Origin: an uncultured delta proteobacterium
Lineage (GTDB): Bacteria > Myxococcota > Kuafuiibacteriia > Kuafuiibacteriales > Kuafuiibacteriaceae
DNA length: 64,000 bases
Reading direction: 5' to 3'
NCBI GenBank assembly: GCA_963803435.1
Contig: CAWDML010000012.1
Location: 96,001-160,000 of the forward strand
This document shows positions 1 through 9,122 of the stretch, one piece after another (position 1 is the first letter of the stretch; every line of letters begins with the position of its first letter). The position numbers and the translations under genes were made by a program. The notes beneath the pieces are model-generated. The model did no database searches. It was not told the origin of the DNA and saw only the letters and a program-made list of their open reading frames with translations.

Positions 1-2
1 CG

Positions 3-323
3 AACTTCCTCGACGGCACGCTCGAATCCGGAAAGTGGACCGACGCCTCCGTCTTCTTCGGCGGCGTCAGCGATCCCACGCAAATTCCGGCGCACCTCGC
101 CCGGATCGTGAACCAGTACATCGCCGAGCACGTGGCGCTGCACGATCGGCCGGCCAAGGAGCTGACGATCGCCTGCGCCGAGCCGCTCCGTCCCTGGGGG
201 ATCGGCTTCAAGAACGATCGGGCCGTGGTGCTGGAGAAGGCGCCGGAGAAGGCGGATCGGCTGAAGGCGCAGTTCGACGCGGCCTGGGCCCAGAAGACCT
301 TGCTCGATCGCGCGCGGAAGTAG
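3..323 (+). CDS. Hypothetical protein, 5'-truncated by the window edge
   Basis: The frame of ORF 108..323 stays open back to position 3 (NFLDGTLESGKWTDASVFFGGVSDPTQIPAHLARIVNQ...), with GC3-rich codons; stop TAG ends at 323. Confidence 0.7.
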   Translation, partial: NFLDGTLESGKWTDASVFFGGVSDPTQIPAHLARIVNQYIAEHVALHDRPAKELTIACAEPLRPWGIGFKNDRAVVLEKAPEKADRLKAQFDAAWAQKTLLDRARK

Positions 324-349
324 CGCTTCGTGGTATGTGAGCGAGCGTC

Positions 350-2909
350 GTGAACGATCGCTCGCCGAACCTCTCCGCGTCCCTCGCTCACGTCATCCGC
401 GAAGCCGAAGACATCGCGAACGCCACCAAGCAGTCCCCGAGCAGCGCTCACGTCCTGCTCGCGTTCTTCACGTCGCGCAACCAGGCAGAGCGGTTCCTGC
501 GCGACCGTGGGATCGGCGAGGACCAGATCATCGACGTGATCGACCCGAAGAAGGCGAAGGAGCCGAAGACCGCCGTCAGGGAGATCTTCGAGCGGGCCGC
601 GCAAGTGGCGGCCGGCTGCGGCACCATGGAGGTCAACTGTCTCCACGTGCTGGTGGCGATGACCCGCGTTCGGGAGTCGCTCGCGTTCAGGCTGCTCGAG
701 GCGACCGGTGAGACGGTCGGCAACCTCAGAACGCGCGCGCTCAACATCCTGACCGGCGCGGTGCCGCGCTGGCTCGACACGCGGGAGCCGCAGCCGAAGG
801 ACGGCACGGTCGATGTGGCGCTGGCGAGCTCGCTGCCAAGCCGGGAGCAGGTGCGGCGCGCGAAGGAAGCAGCGCCCCGCCGCGCGGCGATGAGCTGGAC
901 GCCGCCGCTCATCACGAAGCCGAAGGCAAAAGCGAAGGCGAAGGAGCCACCGCCACCGCCACCGCCGGCCGGGGTCGAGGCCAAGCCGGCGCCTGCAGCC
1001 AAGGAGTCCGCGCCCGTGCGCGCGCCGGCTCCAGCACCGGCACCCGCTACCGCGAAGACCCGATCGCGGTGGACGCTCGATCCGGACTCCTATCCGTGGC
1101 TGACCTCGCTGGGCCGGAACCTCAGCCTGGAGGCGGCCTCCGGCGCGCTCGATCGACTGGTCGGGCGCGAGCACGAGGTCGAGACGCTGATCGACATCCT
1201 GGGGAAGCGACGGGCGAACAACCCCGTGCTGATCGGCGAGCCGGGCGTCGGCAAGACCGCGGTGGTCGAAGGCCTGGCGCAGCGGCTGGCCAAGAATCCC
1301 CCGACCGAGCGGCTGAGCGAGAAGATCGTGATCGGGCTGGACGTGGGCGCCCTCCTGGTCGGCACGCACCTGCGCGGATCGTTCTCGGAGAAGCTGCAGG
1401 GGATCAAGGAGGAGGTGAAGCAGTCCGACGGCCGCGTCATCGTCTTCTTCGACGAGCTCCACACGCTGGTGGGCGCCGGCTCGACCGGCGACGGTCCGCT
1501 CGACGCCGCCGACGAGCTGAAGTCCGCGCTGGCCCGTGGCGACTTCCCGTGCATCGGCGCTACCACCTGCGACGAGTATGTGCGGCACATCGAGCAGAAC
1601 GCGGCGCTGAAGCGACGGTTCGTCCCGGTGATGATCCCCGAGCCCTCGCAGGACGAAGCGGTCGAGATGATCACGCAGATCATGCCCACGTACGCCGAGC
1701 ATCACGGCGTGACCTACGACCGGGAGGGGATTCGAGGCGGCCGTGATCCTGTCGGCGCGCTACATGACGGACCGTCACCTCCCGGACAAGGCCATCGCGC
1801 TGCTCGATCTGGCCGGCTCGCGCACCGCGCGGTCGCGGGCCCACGTGGTCGGCCGAGACGCGGTGGCGAAGATCGTCTCGGAGCGGACCGACCTCCCGGT
1901 GGAGCGTCTGCTCGGATCGGATCGCGAGCGACTCCTGCACCTGGAGTCGCTGCTAGGGCGGGAGATTGTCGGCCACCACCGACAGCTGGCCCGCATCGCG
2001 GAGGTGGTGCGCCGCAACGCCGCCGGCTTCTCGAGCCGACGACCCCAGGGCTCGTTCCTGTTCGTGGGGCCCACGGGCGTCGGGAAGACAGAGACGGCCA
2101 AGGCGCTCGCCAAGGTCCTGCACGGGAACGAGGACAGCATGATCCGCTTCGATCTCTCCGAGTTCTCGGAGGCCCACGCGGTGGCGCGGCTGGTCGGGGC
2201 GCCGCCCGGCTACGTAGGCTACGACGCCGGCGGACAGCTGACCGAGGCAGTCCGCCGAAAGCCCGGGCGCGCGATCCTCTTCGACGAGATCGAGAAGGCG
2301 CACCGCGACGTCCTGCAACTCCTCCTGCAGATCCTGGACGAGGGCCGGCTGACCGACGGCCACGGTCGCACTGTCGGATTCGCCGAGGCGATCGTGATCA
2401 TGACCTCCAACCTCGGCGCGGACACAACCGGGCTCAAGCGCTCGATCGGCTTCTCGGACGGCGGCAAGAAGGCGCTGGCCGAGGAGCGGCGCAAGTACGA
2501 CGAGGAGGTCCTGGAGCGCGCGCGCAAGAAGCTGTCTCCGGAGCTCTGGGCCCGCATCGAGGAGCGCCTGGTCTTCGCCCCCCTCCAGCGGTCGGAGGTG
2601 AAGCAGATCGCGGTCCTGCTGTCCGTGGAGTCGAGCCGGCGGCTCACTCGCGAACGCGGGATCACGTACGAGCTGGACGAGGACGCGATCGAGTTCCTCC
2701 TCGATCAAGGCGGCTTCGACCTGGCGCTGGGTGCGCGGCCGATGCGACAGATCCTCCAGCGCATCGTGGAGGCCCCCATCGCTGCTCGGATCCTGGAGGG
2801 GCGGCTCCACGCGGACGAGCATGTGATCGTGTCGACGCGCGCCAACGGCGGCCTGGCGTTTCTCGTCGGCGAAGATCGCACCTCCCTCAGCCAGCGGCCT
2901 TCGCTGTAG
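350..2909 (+). CDS. ATP-dependent Clp protease ATP-binding subunit (ClpA/ClpC family), with one +1 frameshift near 1731
   Basis: Clp N-domain, Pro/Ala/Lys linker, D1 Walker A GEPGVGKT and Walker B VFFDELH in ORF 350. ORF 1743..2909 continues with RHLPDKAI, D2 GPTGVGKT, LVGAPPGYVGY, FDEIEKAH, an SIGF loop and GARP. Removing one T from GATTC at 1729-1733 joins the two frames. Confidence 0.93.
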
Positions 2910-2938
2910 CTGCGCCGTGCGCTGAGGGCGCCCGAAGG

Positions 2939-2967
2939 TCGGCATCACCCGAGCGGGTGATGGCCGA
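2939..2967 (+). terminator. GC-rich hairpin downstream of the Clp ATPase gene
   Basis: TCGGC-ATCACCC-(GAGC)-GGGTGAT-G-GCCGA inverted repeat about 30 nt after the stop. No U-tract. Confidence 0.4.
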
Positions 2968-2995
2968 AAGGACAGGCTTCCCGCAGATCTCATGA

Positions 2996-5095
2996 ATGCG
3001 AGCGCTCTGTCCCATCCTTTTCGCGTCCGCGACGAGCGCGTGCATCCCCTCCATCCGCGACACCTTCAAGGATATCAACTACCCCGAGACCGGGGCGGTC
3101 TGCGCGCCGCCACCGGCCGCGGAGGTCGAAGAGAGGACGCTGTACGCCACGCTGGCGCCGGTGCTCGAGGTGGGCTTCGACGACGCGCCCCTCGCCGCAG
3201 ACTGCATGAGCGCAATGCTCGCCGACCGAGCCCGCGTCGACCTCCTGCGCGCCTTCGGACAGTGCCTCGCAGCGACCAGCGGCGCCGGTCCGGCGATCTG
3301 CGGGGCCAAGGACGCGCTCAGCGACTGTGCCGCGCAGAGCTTTCCGCTCCTCACCTGCGAGTGCAACAGCAGCAAGAGGACCTGCACGTTCGACGGACCT
3401 CCGGATTGTGCGGCGTTGAACGACTCCGATCGAGCGACCGCGCTGCTGGCGCTCGCGCAGCTCGGCGAGGCGTTGGCGTACTTCGAGCTCATGCACTTCG
3501 GCCCGCAGTTCGAGCCCGAAGGAACGAGCGCGCTCGATCGACCGATGAGCGACGAGACCTGGACACGCGTCGAGAAGGTCTCGAGCGCGGCGTTGAAGGT
3601 CCTGCGCTGCGACGGCTCCAATACCGCCTCCTCGTGTGCCACTGCGCGAAGCGGCACCCCGGCGGCGCCTCCGGTCATTCCGGCCTCGCTCGCGCTGAGC
3701 GGTGGCTCGGCGAACGGCGCGTTCACCGCCGGCTACCTGTACGAGCTGCTGCTGGCGCGCGAGCACGCGATCGCACACGCCGACGAGCCCAGGAGGAGAG
3801 CGCTCGACCATCAACGGATCGCAGCGGTCACGGGCACCAGCGTGGGTGCGCTGATCGCGCCGATCGTCGATCTCTACTTCGTCGAGCAGCCACCGAACGC
3901 GGAGGCCTCCGGCTGGTGCGAGAAGACGACCAAGCTGACGGATCGCGATCCCCCGGCGCCCCGGGACTGCTCGGATGATCCTGGCGCGGACTGCGACGAG
4001 ATCCCGCCGGCGGGAACCCGCCCGGCGCAGCGCTGCGCGCTACGGATGCTCCGCAAGTACTTCACGGACGTGACCGAGAAGGATCTCCTCTGCCTCAACG
4101 ACGGCAACGTCGGCGATTTCATCAACGGTCCCCTCACGTCGCTGGGCGCGTTCGAGCCCCTGGAGAGGCAGATGGTGTCGCCGTTCTCGGAGAAGTTCGC
4201 CGCGGTGCTCACGACGAACGACGTCGTGCGCGTGGTGATGTCCGCCGACGTCACCACCAACACGATCATCGGCCTCGACGAGCGTGTGTGCCGGAGCGCG
4301 CCCGATCCGGGCGAATGCCTCGCGCGGGGCGTGCTGGCTTCGATCCCGAACCCCCTCTTCGCTCGGGGTGAGAAGGTCGTGTTCGGCGGACTCGATGAGC
4401 AGGGCGAGAAAGGCCACTGGCTCGACGGCGGTCTTCGGTCGGGGGCCCCGGCACTGCGGGCGATGATGCTGACCCGGGCTCGGTACGGCGTGGAGAGGTC
4501 GGGTCGCGTCCTCGTGATCAGCACCGAGCGCTCCGAGGGGCTGGCCGCGCCCGATCCGAGCAGCGGCATGGAGGACGCGCTCTACTCGCTGGGGGCGCTC
4601 GTCCATCAGATGCACCACTGGGAGACCGCCTATGCGAACCTCTACCGTAACCAGCGCGACGGGCGGATCCGCTTCTTCGAGAGCGTGGTGCTCGGACACG
4701 ACGTCGAAGGCTTGAGCGTTGCGAGCCCCGGTGCCGGCTTCGGATCGCTCTATGCGGTCTTCGTGCCCGCCTCCCTGGAGCCTCGGCGATTGGCGGCGGC
4801 AGCCTACCAGTTCGATCCGCTGATGATGCGAGGCCTGTTTCTCTGGGGCCAACGGATCGCGCTCGATCAGATGCGCGACACGAAACGGGGCATCCTCGAC
4901 TTCCTCGGCTGGGTGAGCGTCAAGGACGCCGGCTACCTCTCTCAGCGAAGGCGGGCGTGGGATGCTCGATTCGACGCCTACCGGTCGGAGTTCGAGAGGG
5001 TCGAGGCCGACTGGAGCGGTCACGTGCGCGAGCGGCGTCATGAGATCGACGGCATGGAGCGATGCAACGGACAGGATCGGTGTGCTCGACCATGA
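2996..5095 (+). CDS. Patatin-like phospholipase, Cys-rich, probably exported or lipoprotein
   Basis: Patatin motifs SGGSANGAF, GTSVG (nucleophile) and DGG. N-terminal signal-like segment ending SAC. About 22 Cys. Confidence 0.85.
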   Translation: MRALCPILFASATSACIPSIRDTFKDINYPETGAVCAPPPAAEVEERTLYATLAPVLEVGFDDAPLAADCMSAMLADRARVDLLRAFGQCLAATSGAGPAICGAKDALSDCAAQSFPLLTCECNSSKRTCTFDGPPDCAALNDSDRATALLALAQLGEALAYFELMHFGPQFEPEGTSALDRPMSDETWTRVEKVSSAALKVLRCDGSNTASSCATARSGTPAAPPVIPASLALSGGSANGAFTAGYLYELLLAREHAIAHADEPRRRALDHQRIAAVTGTSVGALIAPIVDLYFVEQPPNAEASGWCEKTTKLTDRDPPAPRDCSDDPGADCDEIPPAGTRPAQRCALRMLRKYFTDVTEKDLLCLNDGNVGDFINGPLTSLGAFEPLERQMVSPFSEKFAAVLTTNDVVRVVMSADVTTNTIIGLDERVCRSAPDPGECLARGVLASIPNPLFARGEKVVFGGLDEQGEKGHWLDGGLRSGAPALRAMMLTRARYGVERSGRVLVISTERSEGLAAPDPSSGMEDALYSLGALVHQMHHWETAYANLYRNQRDGRIRFFESVVLGHDVEGLSVASPGAGFGSLYAVFVPASLEPRRLAAAAYQFDPLMMRGLFLWGQRIALDQMRDTKRGILDFLGWVSVKDAGYLSQRRRAWDARFDAYRSEFERVEADWSGHVRERRHEIDGMERCNGQDRCARP

Positions 5096-5712
5096 TCTCG
5101 CTCGGTATGGGTAGGGAAGCGCGACACGCGAGCTCGAGCGAAGCGGGCTCGACGACCTTGGTGATGAGCGCAGGCCCGCGCGTGGTCGGGATCAGCTGCA
5201 GCCATGTGCTCGCTCCCGTGGATATGTATCCGGTCGAGGGAGATAGTTGCGTCTTCGACGGTCATACCTTCTCGAACAGCCTGGTGGCCTGGACCGAGAT
5301 GACGCTGCCGAGGGATGTCTCTGCCGACGTCGCGGTGGCCGACGTGGGGGCCGTCCCGCCGACCTCCGCCTGGCCAGACGGAGTCCCCTTCGCGGGGGGC
5401 GCTCCCTCTGATCCCGCCAACGGCCCCTTTCGGATCTTCGGCCTTCGGAGCACCGGGGCGGCCGATGCGGGCGGTGCTCCTCGAACCGTGACGCTCACGG
5501 TCGATGGTGTCGGGCCCAGGAACTACCTCGAGCACTTTCTGCTGCCGATCCCGATCTCGCAGGGCGACTCCGGCGCGCCCGTTCGAGACGGAGGCGGGGC
5601 GATCGTGGGGATGGTGGTGGCGATGGACCGACCGACGCTGGGGGCCTGGTGCACGCCCTGGACGGCCGTCACCGCCGCGATCGTCGCCCTCCTCGGACTG
5701 CCGGGGGAGTGA
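5062..5712 (+). CDS. Trypsin-like (S1) serine protease domain protein
   Basis: SCSHVL (His), ADVAV (Asp) and QGDSGAP (Ser) motifs. The start is uncertain and may be 5092. Confidence 0.65.
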   Translation: MQRTGSVCSTMISLGMGREARHASSSEAGSTTLVMSAGPRVVGISCSHVLAPVDMYPVEGDSCVFDGHTFSNSLVAWTEMTLPRDVSADVAVADVGAVPPTSAWPDGVPFAGGAPSDPANGPFRIFGLRSTGAADAGGAPRTVTLTVDGVGPRNYLEHFLLPIPISQGDSGAPVRDGGGAIVGMVVAMDRPTLGAWCTPWTAVTAAIVALLGLPGE

Positions 5713-5872
5713 GGGCACGCCCTATCCGCCCGCCGACGGGTTCGACGTACCGGTCCCCGGGGTGGTCCGCGCCGCTCCGATGGTCGTGCTGATGTGAGCG
5801 TCCGATCCCGTCCGGACAGTGCGCGGACTGTTCCCGGGCGCCCCCTGCGCGCTCCCGTCGTGCGGCGCTTCA

Positions 5873-5888
5873 TGGACCCGAACTTGCC
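5873..5888 (+). promoter_or_regulatory. Putative sigma54 (-24/-12) promoter
   Basis: TGGACCCGAACTTGCC gives GG-N10-GC with TTGC. ATG at 5902. An upstream palindrome ACAGT-N6-ACTGT (5816-5831) may be an enhancer. Confidence 0.5.
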
Positions 5889-5901
5889 AGCGAGCGGTGG
5901 T

Positions 5902-7806
5902 ATGAGAATCTCACTCCTCGCCCTGGCAGCGATCGCGTTCACGCCGCAGGCCGCGTTCGCTCACTATCAACTGCGGGTCACCTCCAACTTCGACGATCGC
6001 ACGCTCCTCCAGAGCACGCTCAACACGCTCACCTCCGGACACGTCGACATCGACGACGCCTGCGCGGGCCCTGGCGGTGAATGGATGATCGTCGCGAACG
6101 ACCAGATCTATCACAGCGCCAGCGTCCCCGGCTCGATGGTGAGCCGCGTTCAGCAGTACATCGACAGCGGTCGGACCATCGATGCGATCGCCATCGGCCC
6201 CAACGGCAGCTGGGTCGTCGCGGCCGACGACTGGTTCTTCCGCGGTCCGAACGTCCCCATGGGTCAGACGCTCCAGGACGTGGTGAAGGCCCGGCAGAAC
6301 GCGGGACATCGAATCGACGAGATCGTCTTCACGCCCGCCGGCGGCTTCGTGGTCCTCTCCGAGGGGTACTACAACGGCCACAGCGTCCCGAGCGGGCTCT
6401 GGGACGCCATCAAGGACACCGACCACAGCAAGCGACGCCCCCGGCGGATCGCGATCGGCGCCGACGGCCGCTGGCTGCTCCTCGCGGAGCAATGGTTCGC
6501 GGGCGGAGGCCTCAGCAGCTTCGAGCGGGGCAACCTCGAGAGCTGGGAGCGCATCGAGCGCAGCATCGATCACGTGGTCCTCGGGGTCGGGAACGACTAC
6601 GTCTACTACTCGCACCACCAGCCCGTGCTGAAGCCGGCCGCGCCGCTGGTGGACCTCGAATATTCGCTCGACGCCGGCGGCGCCACCAAGAACATCTGGG
6701 AGCGGCTCGACGAGCTCGACGTCCCCGGTGTCAGCATCGCCGTCATCGACGACAAGCAGGTGCGCTGGGCCCGCGGCTACGGCGAGCTCGAGGCCGGCAG
6801 CGAGCGCTGGGTGCGCACCTCCTCGCCGTACTCGATGGCGTCGATGTCGAAGTACATCACCGCGCTGACCACGCTGCGCAAGGTACACGACGGCTCCCTC
6901 TCGCTCGCCTCCGACGCCCGCGTGATGGCGGATCAGAGCTACCCGCTGATGGCCTGGTGGCAGGGCCTGGGCCAGACCAGCAGCTACTACGGGACGGTGC
7001 TGCCGTACGGCGTCAACGTCCGCAGGCTCCTCTCTCACACGGCCGCGATGAACAACAACAGCACGAACGACGGCTGGGGCGGCATGATCGACGGCCCCGA
7101 GGTGTCGACCCTCTCCATCCTGCTCGGCTACGGCTGCGACGGCGCCTGTGCGTTCAACACCAAGCGGGTGTGGCACGACCCGGCGCTCGGTCTCCCCGGC
7201 GCCGCCTACTCGTATTCGAATGCGGGCTTCGAGGTCATCCGCGCCATGCTCGAGGACATCGAGGGCGTCGAGTACGAGGACCTGGCGCAGGCGGAGGTCC
7301 TCGACCCGCTCGGCATGACCAACAGCACCTTCCAGCAGCCTCTGACCGCCAGCTTCGACGCGCGCTCCGCCCCGCCGCTCGACGCCGCCGGCAACGCCAT
7401 GCCGCGCCAGAGCTACCAGTGGATCGCCGGCGGCGGCCTCTACGCCACGCCAGAGGATTATGCGAAGGCCATGCTGGTGTTGATCGACCTGGCGAACACG
7501 CACTCGGCCGGATACCTCGCCGCCGCTCAGACCGACGCGATGCTGACGGACCAGAAGGCGGGCGACTCGGCGAAGTACGGCTTCGGGATCCAGCTCAGCG
7601 CCGCGCAGGTCACCGCGACCTCCGGCCGCTTCGCGCACGGCGGATACATCCCCAACTATTCGTGGGCCCGCATGGTGGGCTCGCCGGTGGACGGGGTCGG
7701 TGTGGTGATCGTGACCAACGCGACCGGCGCCAACGGCCAGAGCCTGGTCTGCGAGATCGAGGCCGCGTTCCGCGCCCAGTACGGCTATCCGGTCCCGAGC
7801 TGCTGA
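5902..7806 (+). CDS. Secreted serine hydrolase (class C beta-lactamase/PBP-like fold) with an N-terminal repeat domain
   Basis: Signal peptide MRISLLALAAIAFTPQAAFA. SMSK (SxxK), LLSHTA, YSN and HGG motifs. Five ~45-aa N-terminal repeats of the IDxIAIGPxGxW type. Confidence 0.88.
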   Translation: MRISLLALAAIAFTPQAAFAHYQLRVTSNFDDRTLLQSTLNTLTSGHVDIDDACAGPGGEWMIVANDQIYHSASVPGSMVSRVQQYIDSGRTIDAIAIGPNGSWVVAADDWFFRGPNVPMGQTLQDVVKARQNAGHRIDEIVFTPAGGFVVLSEGYYNGHSVPSGLWDAIKDTDHSKRRPRRIAIGADGRWLLLAEQWFAGGGLSSFERGNLESWERIERSIDHVVLGVGNDYVYYSHHQPVLKPAAPLVDLEYSLDAGGATKNIWERLDELDVPGVSIAVIDDKQVRWARGYGELEAGSERWVRTSSPYSMASMSKYITALTTLRKVHDGSLSLASDARVMADQSYPLMAWWQGLGQTSSYYGTVLPYGVNVRRLLSHTAAMNNNSTNDGWGGMIDGPEVSTLSILLGYGCDGACAFNTKRVWHDPALGLPGAAYSYSNAGFEVIRAMLEDIEGVEYEDLAQAEVLDPLGMTNSTFQQPLTASFDARSAPPLDAAGNAMPRQSYQWIAGGGLYATPEDYAKAMLVLIDLANTHSAGYLAAAQTDAMLTDQKAGDSAKYGFGIQLSAAQVTATSGRFAHGGYIPNYSWARMVGSPVDGVGVVIVTNATGANGQSLVCEIEAAFRAQYGYPVPSC

Positions 7807-7820
7807 GAGGAGAGGAGACG

Positions 7821-8015
7821 ATGATGATGAAGTGGATGTTGCTGCTCGCGCTCGCCCTGTCACCGCTGGCCTGCGGAGGGCCGGACGATCCCGCGGACGG
7901 GAGCGACACGCGCGCCTCGGTGGAGATCCGAGCCCCCGCCCGGACCCGCGCGCCGATCACCGACCCCGGGTTCGCAGCCGAGACGCGGCCGGAGCCCGGG
8001 GATTCGGAAGGCTGA
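7821..8015 (+). CDS. Small lipoprotein
   Basis: AGGAGA RBS, then MMMKWMLLLALALSPLA-C-GG lipobox; 64 aa. Confidence 0.65.
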   Translation: MMMKWMLLLALALSPLACGGPDDPADGSDTRASVEIRAPARTRAPITDPGFAAETRPEPGDSEG

Positions 8016-8084
8016 CCGGGCCTCTCCATGTAGTCCTGCGGAGGATTGCGCCCGCCATCGGAGCGTTGGAGAGTAGAGGCTCCC

Positions 8085-9068
8085 GTGAAGCGACTGCTCC
8101 TCATTCCCCTCCTCTCGACGGCGTGCGGCGGGCCGGATGACATCCTCGATGCGAGCTTCGTGGACGAGGTCGTCGGGGCTCCGGCGCGCTCGAGCGAGGT
8201 CGCGTTTCTTCAGGGCGCCACCTGCGAGGATCTGCTCTCGGCACAGGCCGACGAGATCGATCAGGTCGGCACGTTGATCGCCCGGAAGACCGCCGGCTTT
8301 CCGATCCGGCCGGAGGAGAAGATCTTCGACGGCATCCCGCGCGGGGTCCCGCTCTTGATCCACGTGGTGGCGCGCGATGACGCCGGTCTGCTGATCGGGC
8401 GCGGGTGCGTGGCGGAGGAGCTCGAGCCCAACGGACCGATCGGGGTGACGGTGGAGCTGCGCGCCCTCCCCGCCTGCGATGTGGACTGGCGCTTCCTCGA
8501 TCTCGGAATTGTCATCGACACCACGGTCGACATGGCGGTCGCGTTCTCGGGCAACGAGCACATCGACGAGCTCAAGAGCTTCGTCAGCAACTTCGAGGAA
8601 GGGACGCGCTTCTCCATCATCACCCACGGGCACACTGAACCGCCGGTCGAGTACCTGGCGCCCACCGCCGACAAGGACACGGCCATCGCCGCCATCGAAG
8701 GCCTTCGGGGCATCAAGGGTGGCCAGGCGGAGCTCTTCAACAGCGTCACCACCGGAACGCGCCTGCTGCGAAGCCGCGCGGTCTGTCCGAGGCGGCCCGC
8801 GCTGCTGGTGCTCGAGGCCGGACGCGACGGCACCGCCAACAACATCCCGGTGACCGAGGCGAAGATCGGGCTGTTCGCCAACGTGGGCGACTCCAACGAC
8901 GACATCTACATCCACGGCGTCTACGCGACCGAAGGAGCCAAATCCGACCTCGAGGAGCTGTTCCAGGGCCTGACCCTCTCCGGTTTGAGCTCCGGAACCA
9001 CGGTGCCAGTGCTCCGGCAGGGGCTCCTCGACGCCCGCTTTGCGTTCGACGCGCTGATCGTCCGCTGA
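8085..9068 (+). CDS. Lipoprotein with a C-terminal von Willebrand A-like domain
   Basis: GTG start, MKRLLLIPLLSTA-C-GG lipobox. LDLGIVIDTTVDM (degenerate MIDAS strand) followed by an alpha/beta vWA-like pattern. Confidence 0.65.
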   Translation: MKRLLLIPLLSTACGGPDDILDASFVDEVVGAPARSSEVAFLQGATCEDLLSAQADEIDQVGTLIARKTAGFPIRPEEKIFDGIPRGVPLLIHVVARDDAGLLIGRGCVAEELEPNGPIGVTVELRALPACDVDWRFLDLGIVIDTTVDMAVAFSGNEHIDELKSFVSNFEEGTRFSIITHGHTEPPVEYLAPTADKDTAIAAIEGLRGIKGGQAELFNSVTTGTRLLRSRAVCPRRPALLVLEAGRDGTANNIPVTEAKIGLFANVGDSNDDIYIHGVYATEGAKSDLEELFQGLTLSGLSSGTTVPVLRQGLLDARFAFDALIVR

Positions 9069-9122
9069 GGACGCCCTCCTGCAGCTTGACGGGCTCGGGT
9101 GGGGGCCGTAGGGCTGCCGGGT

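Noticed and set aside
1740-2995. C-terminal half of the 881-aa ORF as a novel Arg-rich domain
   Set aside because: It is out-of-frame read-through after the frameshift. The real D2 domain is in ORF 1743..2909.
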